From NCBI GenBank assembly GCA_002269645.1, contig NIVC01002412.1, positions 112,976 to 176,975 of the forward strand: a stretch of 64,000 bases of DNA, in the 5' to 3' direction. Made by a program: the position numbers and the translations under genes. The notes under the pieces are model-generated. The model was not told the origin of the DNA. It made no database searches and saw nothing but the letters and a program-made list of their open reading frames with translations. The first letter of the stretch is position 1, and every line of letters starts with the position of its first letter. Shown here piece after piece: positions 1 to 46,100 of the stretch. The DNA is from Macrostomum lignano. Lineage: Eukaryota.

Positions 1-1113
<1,113 letters not shown>

Positions 1114-1870
1114 CGATAGTCAGTCACATCAGATGTGCGCATGAGGGCCGTCATGTCAGCGGCAAATAAAAGAATAAGATCGGCCGGCTGCTTGCCTTTC
1201 TAGGCGGATCTTATCGTGGCGCTCACAGAAACAACTGAGTGACTCCCCTTAGCCTAGTTGATGAAGAGGGGGGCGGCTGCCGCTCCGCAGGTGGTCGCGC
1301 AGCCTCCTTTTCTTTAGCAGCACCCATCCCATTTCTGTCTGCACCCCGCACTCTGCCGACCCCCCCCCCTCCCGTCTACTTTCCTAATCTGTCGATCGGA
1401 TCTCTCCGCCCCTCTGCAGCAATGCTGTTCCTCATTCTTCTAGTAGCAGTCTTCCAGCAGCAACAATTCCAAGCTCCAACGCAATAGACTGAGCCCATTG
1501 CTGCTGCAAAAAGTTTTCATAACTTTTTGCCTTGCCATAACTCTAAAGAATGTGAACCCTCCGTGTTTTTTCCATTTTTGCGTCGAAGAAGCGACAGTCT
1601 GTGTCACTTTTTCGTCGTTTGGTTTGAATTCGATGTTCTTAGTATATTTTTTACTACTCTACTTGTAGTAGAAAAATTGGGACATCTGTGACTAAATTCG
1701 TGTAATAAAAGTTGATTCTGATTAATTCTGATTTTGCAAAAAATCTAAAGAGGAGAAATTTCCAAGTTAGCTTTAAATGCACTTTTCTGTGAGTACGACT
1801 TAACTTTGTGCCCAGAAGTGAACTGGAAAAGACTAGTTTGCCTTAGCGAACAACAAAAGACGTTTTCATG

Positions 1871-4800
1871 CCCCCCCTCTAGGCATCCCTGAGATTTGAC
1901 CCCCCCCTATAAGCATCCCTGAGATTTGACCCCCCTCTAAGCATCCCTGAGATTTGACCCCCCTCTAAGCATCCCTTAGATTTGACCCCCCTGGCATCCC
2001 TGAGATTTGACCCCCCCTCTAAGCATCGCTGAGATTTGACCCCCCAAATAGGCATCGCTGAGATTTGACTCCCCTCTAAGCATCCCTGAGATTTGACCCC
2101 CCTCTAAGCATCCCTGAGATTTGACCTCCCCTCTAAGCATCCCTGAGATTTGACTCCCCTCTAAGCATCCCTGAGATTTGACCTCCCCTCTAAGCATCCC
2201 TGAGATTTGACTCCCCTCTAAGCATCCCTGAGATTTGACTCCCCTCTAAGCATCCCTGAGATTTGATCCCCTCTAAGCATCCCTGAGATTTGACTCCCCT
2301 CTAAGCATCCCTGAGATTTGACCCCTTCTAAGCATCCCTGAGATTTGACCCCTTCTAAGCATCCCTGAGATTTGACCTCCCCTCTAAGCATCCCTGAGAT
2401 TTGACTCCCCTCTAAGCATCCCTGAGATTTGACCTCCCCTCTAAGCATCCCTGAGATTTGACTCCCCTCTAAGCATCCCTGAGATTTGACTCCCCTCTAA
2501 GCATCCCTGAGATTTGATCCCCTCTAAGCATCCCTGAGATTTGACTCCCCTCTAAGCATCCCTGAGATTTGACCCCTTCTAAGCATCCCTGAGATTTGAC
2601 CCCTTCTAAGCATCCCTGAGATTTGACCACCCCTCTAAGCATCGCTCAGATTTGACCCCACCTCTAGGCATTCCTGAGATTTGACCCCCCCTCTAAGCAT
2701 CGCTGAGATTTGACCCCCCCTCTAAGCATCCCTGAGATTTGACCCCTTCTAAGCATCCCTGAGATTTGACTCCCCTCTAAGCATCCCTGAGATTTGACCT
2801 CCCCTCTAAGCATCCCTGAGATTTGACTCCTCTCTAAGCATCCCTGAGATTTGACTCCCCTCTAAGCATCCCTGAGATTTGACCCCTTCTAAGCATCCCT
2901 GAGATTTGACCCCTTCTAAGCATCCCTGAGATTTGACCACCCCTCTAAGCATCGCTCAGATTTGACCCCACCTCTAGGCATTCCTGAGATTTGACCCCCC
3001 CTCTAAGCATCGCTGAAATTTGACCCCCCCTCTAGGCATCCCTGAGATTTGACCCCCCCTATAAGCATCCCTGAGATTTGACCCCCCTCTAAGCATCCCT
3101 GAGATTTGACCCCCCTCTAAGCATCCCTTAGATTTGACCCCCCTGGCATCCCTGAGATTTGACCCCCCCTCTAAGCATCGCTGAGATTTGACCCCCCAAT
3201 AGGCATCGCTGAGATTTGACCCCCCTCTAGGCATCCCTGAGATTTGACCTCCCCTCTAAGCATCCCTGAGATTTGACCCCCCCCTCTAAGCATCCCTGAG
3301 ATTTGACCCCCCTCTAAGCATCCCTGAGATTTGACCCCCTCTAAGCATCCCTGAGATTTGACCCCCCTCTAAGCATCCCTGAGATTTGACCCCCCTCTAA
3401 GCATCCCTGAGATTTGACCACCCCTCTAAGCATCCCTGAGATTTGACCCCCCTCTAAGCATCCCTGAGATTTGACCCCCTCTGGTATCCCTGAGATTTGA
3501 CTCCCCTCTAAGCATCCCTGAGATTTGACTCCCCTCTAAGCATCCCTGAGATTTGAACTCCCCTCTAAGCATCCCTGAGATTTGACTCCCCTCTAAGCAT
3601 CCCTGAGATTTGACTCCCCTCTAAGCATCGCTGAGATTTGACCCCCCCAATAGGCATCGCTGAGATTTGACCCCCCCCCTCTAGGCATCCCTGAGATTTG
3701 ACCTCCCCTCTAAGCATCCCTGAGATTTGACCCCCCCTCTAAGCATCGCTGAGATTTGACCCCCCTCTAAGCATCCCTGAGATTTGACCCCCTCTAAGCA
3801 TCCCTGAGATTTGACCCCCCTCTAAGCATCCCTGAGATTTGACCCCCCTCTAAGCATTCCTGAGATTTGACCCCCCTATAGGCATCCCTGAGATTTGACC
3901 CCCCCCTATAAGCATCCCTGAGATTTGACTCCCCTCTAAGCATCCCTGAGATTTGACCCCCCTCTAAGCATCCCTGAGATTTGACCCCCTCTGGTATCCC
4001 TGAGATTTGACTCCCCTCTAAGCATCCCTGAGATTTGACTCCCCTCTAAGCATCCCTGAGATTTGACCTCCCCTCTAAGCATCCCTGAGATTTGACTCCC
4101 CTCTAAGCATCCCTGAGATTTGACTCCCCTCTAAGCATCCCTGAGATTTGATCCCCTCTAAGCATCCCTGAGATTTGACCCCTTCTAAGCATCCCTGAGA
4201 TTTGACCCCTTCTAAGCATCCCTGAGATTTGACCACCCCTCTAAGCATCCCTGAGATTTGACCCCCTCTAAGCATCCCTTAGATTTGACCCCCCCCCTCT
4301 AAGCATCCCTGAGATTTGACCCCTTCTAAGCATCCCTGAGATTTGACCCCCCTCTAAGCATCCCTGAGATTTGACCCCCTCTAAGCATCCCTGAGATTTG
4401 ACCCCCCTCTAAGCATCCCTGAGATTTGACCCCCCTCTAAGCATCCCTGAGATTTGACCACCCCTCTAAGCATCCCTGAGATTTGACCCCCTTCTAAGCA
4501 TCCCTGAGATTTGACCCCCTCTGGTATCCCTGAGATTTGACTCCCCTCTAAGCATCCCTGAGATTTGACTCCCCTCTAAGCATCCCTGAGATTTGAACTC
4601 CCCTCTAAGCATCCCTGAGATTTGACTCCCCTCTAAGCATCCCTGAGATTTGACTCCCCTCTAAGCATCGCTGAGATTTGACCCCCCCAATAGGCATCGC
4701 TGAGATTTGACCCCCCCTCTAGGCATCCCTGAGATTTGACCTCCCCTCTAAGCATCCCTGAGATTTGACCCCCCCTCTAAGCATCGCTGAGATTTGACCC

Positions 4801-7263
4801 CCCCTCTAAGCATCCCTGAGATTTGACCCCCTCTAAGCATCCCTGAGATTTGACCCCCCTCTAAGCATCCCTGAGATTTGACCCCCCTCTAAGCATTCCT
4901 GAGATTTGACCCCCCCTATAGGCATCCCTGAGATTTGACCCCCCCCTATAAGCATCCCTGAGATTTGACTCCCCTCTAAGCATCCCTGAGATTTGACCCC
5001 CCTCTAAGCATCCCTGAGATTTGACCCCCTCTGGTATCCCTGAGATTTGACTCCCCTCTAAGCATCCCTGAGATTTGACTCCCCTCTAAGCATCCCTGAG
5101 ATTTGACCTCCCCTCTAAGCATCCCTGAGATTTGAACTCCCCTCTAAGCATCCCTGAGATTTGACTCCCCTCTAAGCATCCCTGAGATTTGACTCCCCTC
5201 TAAGCATCGCTGAGATTTGACCCCCCAATAGGCATCGCTGAGATTTGACCCCCCCCTCTAGGCATCCCTGAGATTTGACCTCCCCTCTAAGGATGCCTGA
5301 GATTTGACCCCCCCTCTAAGCATCGCTGAGATTTGACCCCCCCTCTAAGCATCCCTGAGATTTGACCCCCTCTAAGCATCCCTGAGATTTGACCCCCTCT
5401 AAGCATCCCTGAGATTTGACCCCCCTCTAAGCATTCCTGAGATTTGACCCCCCTATAGGCATCCCTGAGATTTGACCCCCCCTATAAGCATCCCTGAGAT
5501 TTGACTCCCCTCTAAGCATCCCTGAGATTTGACCCCCTCTAAGCATCCCTGAGATTTGACCCCCTCTGGTATCCCTGAGATTTGACTCCCCTCTAAGCAT
5601 CCCTGAGATTTGACTCCCCTCTAAGCATCCCTGAGATTTGACCTCCCCTCTAAGCATCCCTGAGATTTGACTCCCCTCTAAGCATCCCTGAGATTTGACT
5701 CCCCTCTAAGCATCCCTGAGATTTGATCCCCTCTAAGCATCCCTGAGATTTGACCCCCTCTAAGCATCCCTGAGATTTGACCCCTTCTAAGCATCCCTGA
5801 GATTTGACCCCTTCTAAGCATCCCTGAGATTTGACCCCCTCTAAGCATCCCTTAGATTTGACCCCCCCCTCTAAGCATCCCTGAGATTTGACCCCTTCTA
5901 AGCATCCCTGAGATTTGACCCCCTCTAAGCATCCCTGAGATTTGACCCCTCTAAGCATCCCTGAGATTTGACCCCCCTCTAAGCATCCCTGAGATTTGAC
6001 CCCCCTCTAAGCATCCCTGAGATTTGACCACCCCTCTAAGCATCCCTGAGATTTGACCCCCTCTAAGCATCCCTGAGATTTGACCCCCTCTGGTATCCCT
6101 GAGATTTGACTCCCCTCTAAGCATCCCTGAGATTTGACTCCCCTCTAAGCATCCCTGAGATTTGAACTCCCCTCTAAGCATCCCTGAGATTTGACTCCCC
6201 TCTAAGCATCCCTGAGATTTGACTCCCCTCTAAGCATCGCTGAGATTTGACTCCCCTCTAAGCATCGCTGAGATTTGACCCCCCCCCTCTAGGCATCCCT
6301 GAGATTTGACCTCCCCTCTAAGCATCCCTGAGATTTGACCCCCCCTCTAAGCATCGCTGAGATTTGACCCCCCTCTAAGCATCCCTGAGATTTGACCCCC
6401 TCTAAGCATCCCTGAGATTTGACCCCCCTCTAAGCATCCCTGAGATTTGACCCCCCTCTAAGCATTCCTGAGATTTGACCCCCTATAGGCATCCCTGAGA
6501 TTTGACCCCCCCCCTATAAGCATCCCTGAGATTTGACTCCCCTCTAAGCATCCCTGAGATTTGACCCCCTCTAAGCATCCCTGAGATTTGACCCCCTCTG
6601 GTATCCCTGAGATTTGACTCCCCTCTAAGCATCCCTGAGATTTGACTCCCCTCTAAGCATCCCTGAGATTTGACCTCCCCTCTAAGCATCCCTGAGATTT
6701 GACTCCCCTCTAAGCATCCCTGAGATTTGACTCCCCTCTAAGCATCCCTGAGATTTGATCCCCTCTAAGCATCCCTGAGATTTGACCCCTTCTAAGCATC
6801 CCTGAGATTTGACCACCCCTCTAAGCATCCCTGAGATTTGACCCCCTCTAAGCATCCCTTAGATTTGACCCCCCCCTCTAAGCATCCCTGAGATTTGACC
6901 CCTTCTAAGCATCCCTGAGATTTGACCACCCCTCTAAGCATCCCTGAGATTTGACCCCCTCTAAGCATCCCTTAGATTTGACCCCCCCCTCTAAGCATCC
7001 CTGAGATTTGACCCCTTCTAAGCATCCCTGAGATTTGACCCCCCTCTAAGCATCCCTGAGATTTGACCCCCTCTAAGCATCCCTGAGATTTGACCCCTTC
7101 TAAGCATCCCTGAGATTTGACCCCCCTCTAAGCATCCCTGAGATTTGACCCCCCCCTCTAAGCATCCCTGAGATTTGACCCCTTCTAAGCATCCCTGAGA
7201 TTTGACCCCTTCTAAGCATCCCTGAGATTTGACCCCTTCTAAGCATCCCTGAGATTTGACCCC
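1871..7263. repeat. 5.4-kb minisatellite, ~26-29 bp unit CTCTAAGCATCCCTGAGATTTGACCCC(C), with higher-order structure
   Basis: Unit read directly; the variant CTGGTATCCC recurs at 3481, 3991, 4521, 5031, 5566, 6090 and 6598. Confidence 0.97.
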
Positions 7264-7585
7264 ATCGAGGACCGAGGTTAGCATCTGCCCAACAATTTGA
7301 ATGTATCCAGCACAGTAAAGCTACAACACCGGACAGACATCAGTCTAAGTAAATCCCTTTATATAAAAAGCTTATGATATTGAATTCATTCTCCAAAGCT
7401 TCCTCATTGGCTCGCTGCTCACGGCACTGCACTCTCACCTCCATCATTCAGTGAAGCTGGTTGGCTGTGGGGAGTAGGAGGCAGTGTGGGAGGGACACAC
7501 ACACAAGCTTATAAACTCTCAGCTGTAAATTTATCTTATCTTTTCAGTTGCAAATCTCTAACAGAAGGCGGTGTAGAACTCAGTC

Positions 7586-40413
<32,828 letters not shown>

Positions 40414-40469
40414 GACTGGCTTTGAGCACCGCCAACCCCTCTGCTCCCCACTGGCCGCTTCTATCTGCA

Positions 40470-40850
40470 ACCTACCCAGAATCTGCCATCTACCCAGAAT
40501 CTGCCACCTACCCAGAATCTGCCATCTACCCAGAATCTGCCATCTACCCAGAATCTGTCATCTACCCTCACTCAGAATCTGCCACTACCCTCTCTCAGAA
40601 CCTGAAATTGCCCTCCCTCAAAATCTAACACTACCCCCACTCAGAATCTGCCGCTGTCCTCTACCCAGAATCTGCCGCTGTCCTCTACCCAGAATCTGCC
40701 GCTGTCCTCTACCCAGAATCTGCCGCTGTCCTCTACCCAGAATCTGCCGCTGTCCTCTACCCAGAATCTGCCGCTGTCCTCTACCCAGAATCTGCCGCTG
40801 TCCTCTACCCAGAATCTGCCGCTGTCCTCTACCCAGAATCTGCCTCTACT
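40470..40850. repeat. 18-bp then 24-bp repeats with a CCAGAATCTGCC core in the UNC5 3' UTR
   Basis: Read directly. Confidence 0.9.
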
Positions 40851-40942
40851 TCATAAACCCTAAACCTTCTCCGTCTCTTCAAACCGTCCTCTGGACTCCC
40901 ATCTCCGCGTGGATTGTGATCAATATATTTTGTCAACTAATT

Positions 40943-40948
40943 AATAAA
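40943..40948 (+). terminator. Candidate UNC5 polyadenylation signal AATAAA (alternative at 41225-41230)
   Basis: First AATAAA seen after the stop, in AT-rich context followed by a T-rich stretch. Confidence 0.45.
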
Positions 40949-41789
40949 ATTATATTTTTGTTCAGAGTGTTTGAAAAGAGAGTTTTTGCCCCTGCCCAGC
41001 AGGTAAAATAAACAGTTTCTTTATTTTGTGCAGCTAAAATCCTATATACAATACTGCAAGTAGAACAATGCTTTTGATTTGCGCGCTTGATTCTGAAATT
41101 TTGTTTTCCTAAAAAGAGACCAGAGAGACAGTTGTACAGGTTTAGCTCATGTTGCACATGTACTTGGCACTTGTCTCTGCACTCACACTTATATCTTGCA
41201 CTTGATGGCTTCATCACGAGTTGCAATAAATTCTCTACCTTTCTACACCCCCTTGCCCAGGTGAATTGCTCTAATTCGCGTGTATATTAATTATCATTAA
41301 TTGTCATTGCTTTTAACTTTTGTAAATTTTGTACTAATTATCTTCTTTAAAGTGGGGGGCCGGTTTTTATTGGGTGTCGTAAATTCATGGACAGCTAAAT
41401 AAGAAGAACGGCTTGCACTCAACGTTAGGCGCTTATCAAACTGTGCTAACCCGCAATGAGCCAAAAATGCGCTTTTGTACATCCAGACCGACCCCAACAC
41501 GCTCGACACATGTTTCCTATACGAGTATTAGGTTAATTTCCTTCTCATCACTTTTTATTCGTTAAAAATTTCATTCGTGAAACAATTAATAATTAGTGGC
41601 TTTTTGCTTGAAACACTGCTGCCTGCCGCTGTTCTTTGAAATTGAAATGCTTGTATAGAAATATATGGTCGTTTGCGTAGCGACTTCTTTGCTTGATTTG
41701 AAGGTCGAACCGGCTTCATTTGCCATGTACGTATTGCTACCCTAAGTAAGACCATTATCATGTGAGTACACTGCTTCGTGCTGCTTGTG

Positions 41790-42690
41790 AGGGCGGTGTA
41801 TCAGATTGAGGAGTGAGGTGGGTGTATCAGATTGAGGAGTGAGGTGGGTGTATTAGATTGAGGAGTGAGATGGGGTATTAGATTGAGGAGTGGGGTGGGT
41901 GTGTTAAATTGAGGAGTGAGATGGGGTATTAGATTGAGGAGTGGGGTGGGTGTGTTAAATTGAGGAGTGAGATGGGGTATTAGATTGAGGAGTGGGGTGG
42001 GTGTATCAGATTGAGGAGTGGGGTGGGTATATTAGATTGAGGAGTGAGGTTGGTGTATTAGACTGAGGAGTGAGGTGGGTGTATCAGATTGAGGAGTGGG
42101 GTGGGTATATTAGATTGAGGAGTGAGGTTGGTGTATTAGACTGAGGAGTGAGGTGGGGTATTAGATTGAGGAGTCGGGTGGGTGTGTTAAATTGAGGAGT
42201 GAGATGGGGTATTAGATCGAGGAGTGGGGTGGGTGTATCAGATTGAGGAGTGGGGTGGGTATATTAGATTGAGGAGTGAGGTTGGTGTATTAGACTGAGG
42301 AGTGAGGTGGGTGTATCAGATTGAGGAGTGGGGTGGGTATATTAGATTGAGGAGTGAGGTTGGTGTATTAGACTGAGGAGTGAGGTGGGGTATTAGATTG
42401 AGGAGTCGGGTGGGTGTGTTAAATTGAGGAGTGAGATGGGGTATTAGATCGAGGAGTGGGGTGGGTGTATTAGATTGAGGAGTGGGGTGGGTGTGTTAAA
42501 TTGAGGAGTGAGATGGGGTATTAGATCGAGGAGTGGGGTGGGTGTATTAGATTGAGGAGTGAGGTGGGTGTGTTAAATTGAGGAGTGAGGTGGGTGTATT
42601 AAATTGAGGAGTGGAGTGCGTGTATTAGATTGAGGAGTGAGGTGGGTGTATTAAATTGAGGAGTGGAGTGTGTGTATTCAATTGAGGTAT
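41790..42690. repeat. 25-26 bp minisatellite ATTAGATTGAGGAGTGAGGTGGGTGT between the convergent UNC5 and Amt genes
   Basis: Read directly. Confidence 0.94.
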
Positions 42691-42966
42691 AGGATAGGTG
42701 TTGCTGCGAGGCATATTACTACTGTAAGTAATTCACGCAACGATAATAAAAAAAATATTGATTTAGAAATAGAGATTTTGTTAAAGTTGAATGCTCATAC
42801 AGATATTATGAAAGCAAACAGTCCAATAAAATACATTGTAACCATAAAAAATAAAGTTATTGTCCATTCGAAGATAAACCTTTGTGCTTTTGTGCCATTT
42901 AGTAACAAATTGGTGTCAAACCTGGTCGTGCAACAGTTTAAAACAAAAAAGATTCGTTAATTAGTA

Positions 42967-42972
42967 TTTATT
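42967..42972 (-). terminator. Candidate Amt polyadenylation signal (AATAAA on -)
   Basis: TTTATT on +, ~22 nt downstream of the Amt stop. Confidence 0.4.
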
Positions 42973-42993
42973 AATGACTTTTAGTTGCTCAGC

Positions 42994-43124
42994 TCAGAAC
43001 TGCATATCAATAGCGGCATTGTCGTGGCCAGTTCGAGTGCCCAGCTCGAAATTGTTGCCAATTTTCACTCTTCGTCCCCCGCCGCCGTTGTTGCTGCCTT
43101 GGCCGCTATCAGCGGGTGGCGCAC
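42994..43124 (-). CDS. amt: Amt exon 7 and stop
   Basis: gtatcag|(S)[42 protein letters not shown]. Confidence 0.8.
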
Positions 43125-46100
43125 CTGATACGGGGCGAAATAGGCGACAGGCATTGAGCATGGCTAGAGGAGTCAGGGCAGCTGACTCTCAATTTCGTGC
43201 GCAAGCACATTCATCTAGCTGGGGCTTGTGTGTACAGAAAATTGATCGAGGGGCCGCTGTGTGAGCGTGTGTGTGCTCCGGGCATGACCTTTGAAGTGCA
43301 GCTTCAGTTGAGAAGTGTCTCATATTATTATCTTATTTGCCTCGGCAATTTGACTCAATATCAGGCGAAAAACACAGACAACTCACTTGAGTTGTCTCGC
43401 TGCCGGGCCAGCATGTAGGCTTCCATGCCCGAGGGCGAGAGGTCCGGCACGGCTGGAGTGTTTCAGAGTAACAGCTTTTCTATTAGTTTTTCTTGAACTT
43501 CTCAAATATAAAACAAATTTAACATTGTATCACTTGAGAGGAGTGACACAAGCACTAGGCTATTAGAAGCGGACACTCTAGATAAGTGACACAAGCACTA
43601 GGCTATTAGAAGCGGACACTCTAGAGGAGTGACACAAGCACTAGGCTATTAGTAGCGGACACTCCAGAGGAGTGACACAAGCACTAGGCTATTAGTAGCG
43701 GACACTCCAGAGGAGTGACACAAGCACTAGGCTATTAGAAGCGGACACTCCAGAGGAGTGACACAAGCACTAGGCTATTAGTAGCGGACACTCCAGAGGA
43801 GTGACACAAGCACTAGGCTATTGGAAGCGGACACTCTAGAGGAGTGACACAAGCACTAGGCTATTAGTAGCGGACACTCCAGAGGAGTGACACAAGCACT
43901 AGGCTATTAGTAGCGGACACTCCAGAGGAGTGACACAAGCACTAGGCTATTAGTAGCGGACACTCCAGAGGAGTGACACAAGCACTAGGCTATTAGAAGC
44001 GGACACTCCAGAGGAGTGACACAAGCACTAGGCTATTAGTAGCGGACACTCCAGAGGAGTGACACAAGCACTAGGCTATTGGAAGCGGACACTCTAGAGG
44101 AGTGACACAAGCACTAGGCTATTAGTAGCGGACACTCCAGAGGAGTGACACAAGCACTAGGCTATTAGTAGCGGACACTCCAGAGGAGTGACACAAGCAC
44201 TAGGCTATTAGAAGCGGACACTCCAGAGGAGTGACACAAGCACTAGGCTATTAGTAGCGGACACTCCAGAGGAGTGACACAAGCACTAGGCTATTAGTAG
44301 CGGACACTCCAGAGGAGTGACACAAGCACTAGGCTATTAGTAGCGGACACTCCAGAGGAGTGACACAAGCACTAGGCTATTAGTAGCGGACACTCCAGAG
44401 GAGTGACACAAGCACTAGGCTATTGGAAGCGGACACTCCAGAGGAGTGACACAAGCACTAGGCTATTAGAAGCGGACACTCCAGAGGAGTGACACAAGCA
44501 CTAGGCTATTGGAAGCGGACACTCCAGAGGAGTGACACCAGCTGCACAATGCACTCACTGTCTCCCCAGCCGTGCCCGTAGGCCACCAGCGGGTAGGCCG
44601 GCTCAGCGTGCTTCGGCACGTCCAGCCCTTTGATCTCCATCTCCTCGGACACGCGCAGCAGGCCGACAAGCCGGAGCCCGCCAAACAGCAGCAGGGCCAG
44701 GCCGCCGGACCAGGCCACCAGAGCCGCCGCACCGACCAGCTGCCAGATCAGATCCGTGCCAGTCTGCTTGCTCGGCGAGATGAACACCCCGGTGGCCGAG
44801 TGGAAGAACGGCACCGACAGCAGGCCGGCTAAGCCGCCGCCGAAGTGAACGCCGACAGCTTCTAGCGGGTCGTCGATGCCGACGCTGATCACCAGCTGGG
44901 CGGAGGCCACGTAGAAGGCGGCGGCTATGGCGCCGGTGGCCACGGCGCCCCACGGGTGCATGGAGTTGCAGCCAGCGCATATGGCGACCATGCCTTGGCG
45001 AGACGGTGTGAGCAATGTTTGTGTCACCTGACCTACGATTATGTCACCTGACCTATGCTTGTGCTACCTGACCTATGATTGTGTCACCTGACCTATGATT
45101 GTGTCACCTGACCTATGATTGTGTCACCTGACCTATGATTGTGTCACCTGACCTATGATTGTGTCACCTGACCTATGATTGTGTCACCTGACCTATGATT
45201 GTGTCACCTGACCTATGATTGTGTCACCTGACCTATGATTGTGTCACCTGACCTATGATTGTGTCACCTGACCTATGTTTGTGTCACCTGACCTATGATT
45301 GTGTCACCTGACCTATGATTGTGTCACCTGACCTATGATTGTGTCACCTGACCTATGATTGTGTCACCTGACCTATGATTGTGTCACCTGACCTATGATT
45401 GTGTCACCTGACCTATGATTGTGTCACCTGACCTATGATTGTGTCACCTGACCTATGATTGTGTCACCTGACCTATGATTGTGTCACCTGACCTATGATT
45501 GTGTCACCTGACCTATGATTGTGTCACCTGACCTATGATTGTGTCACCTGACCTATGATTGTGTCACCTGACCTATGATTGTGTCACCTGACCTATGATT
45601 GTGTCACCTGACCTATGATTGTGTCACCTGACCTATGATTGTGTCACCTGACCTATGATTGTGTCACCTGACCTATGATTGTGTCACCTGACCTATGATT
45701 GTGTCACCTGACCTATGATTGTGTCACCTGACCTATGATTGTGTCACCTGACCTATGATTGTGTCACCTGACCTATGCTTGTGTCACCTGGTCTATGATT
45801 GTGTCATCTGACCTATGATTGTGTCACCTGACCTATGATTGTGTCACCTGACCTATGATTGTGTCACCTGACCTATGATTGTGTCACCTGACCTATGCTT
45901 GTGTCACCTGACCTATGATTGTGTCACCTGACCCATGTTTGTGTCACCTGACCTATGATTGTGTCACCTGACCTATGATTGTGTCACCTGACCCATGTTT
46001 GTGTCACCTGACCTATGATTGTGTCACCTGACCTATGATTGTGTCACCTGACCTATGATTGTGTCACCTGACCTATGATTGTGCTACCTGACCCATGATT

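Noticed and set aside
43540-44538. 43-bp repeat with an internal palindrome (CACTCC-AGA-GGAGTG), superficially CRISPR-like
   Set aside because: Units are contiguous with no unique spacers, there are no cas genes, and the array is in a eukaryotic intron.
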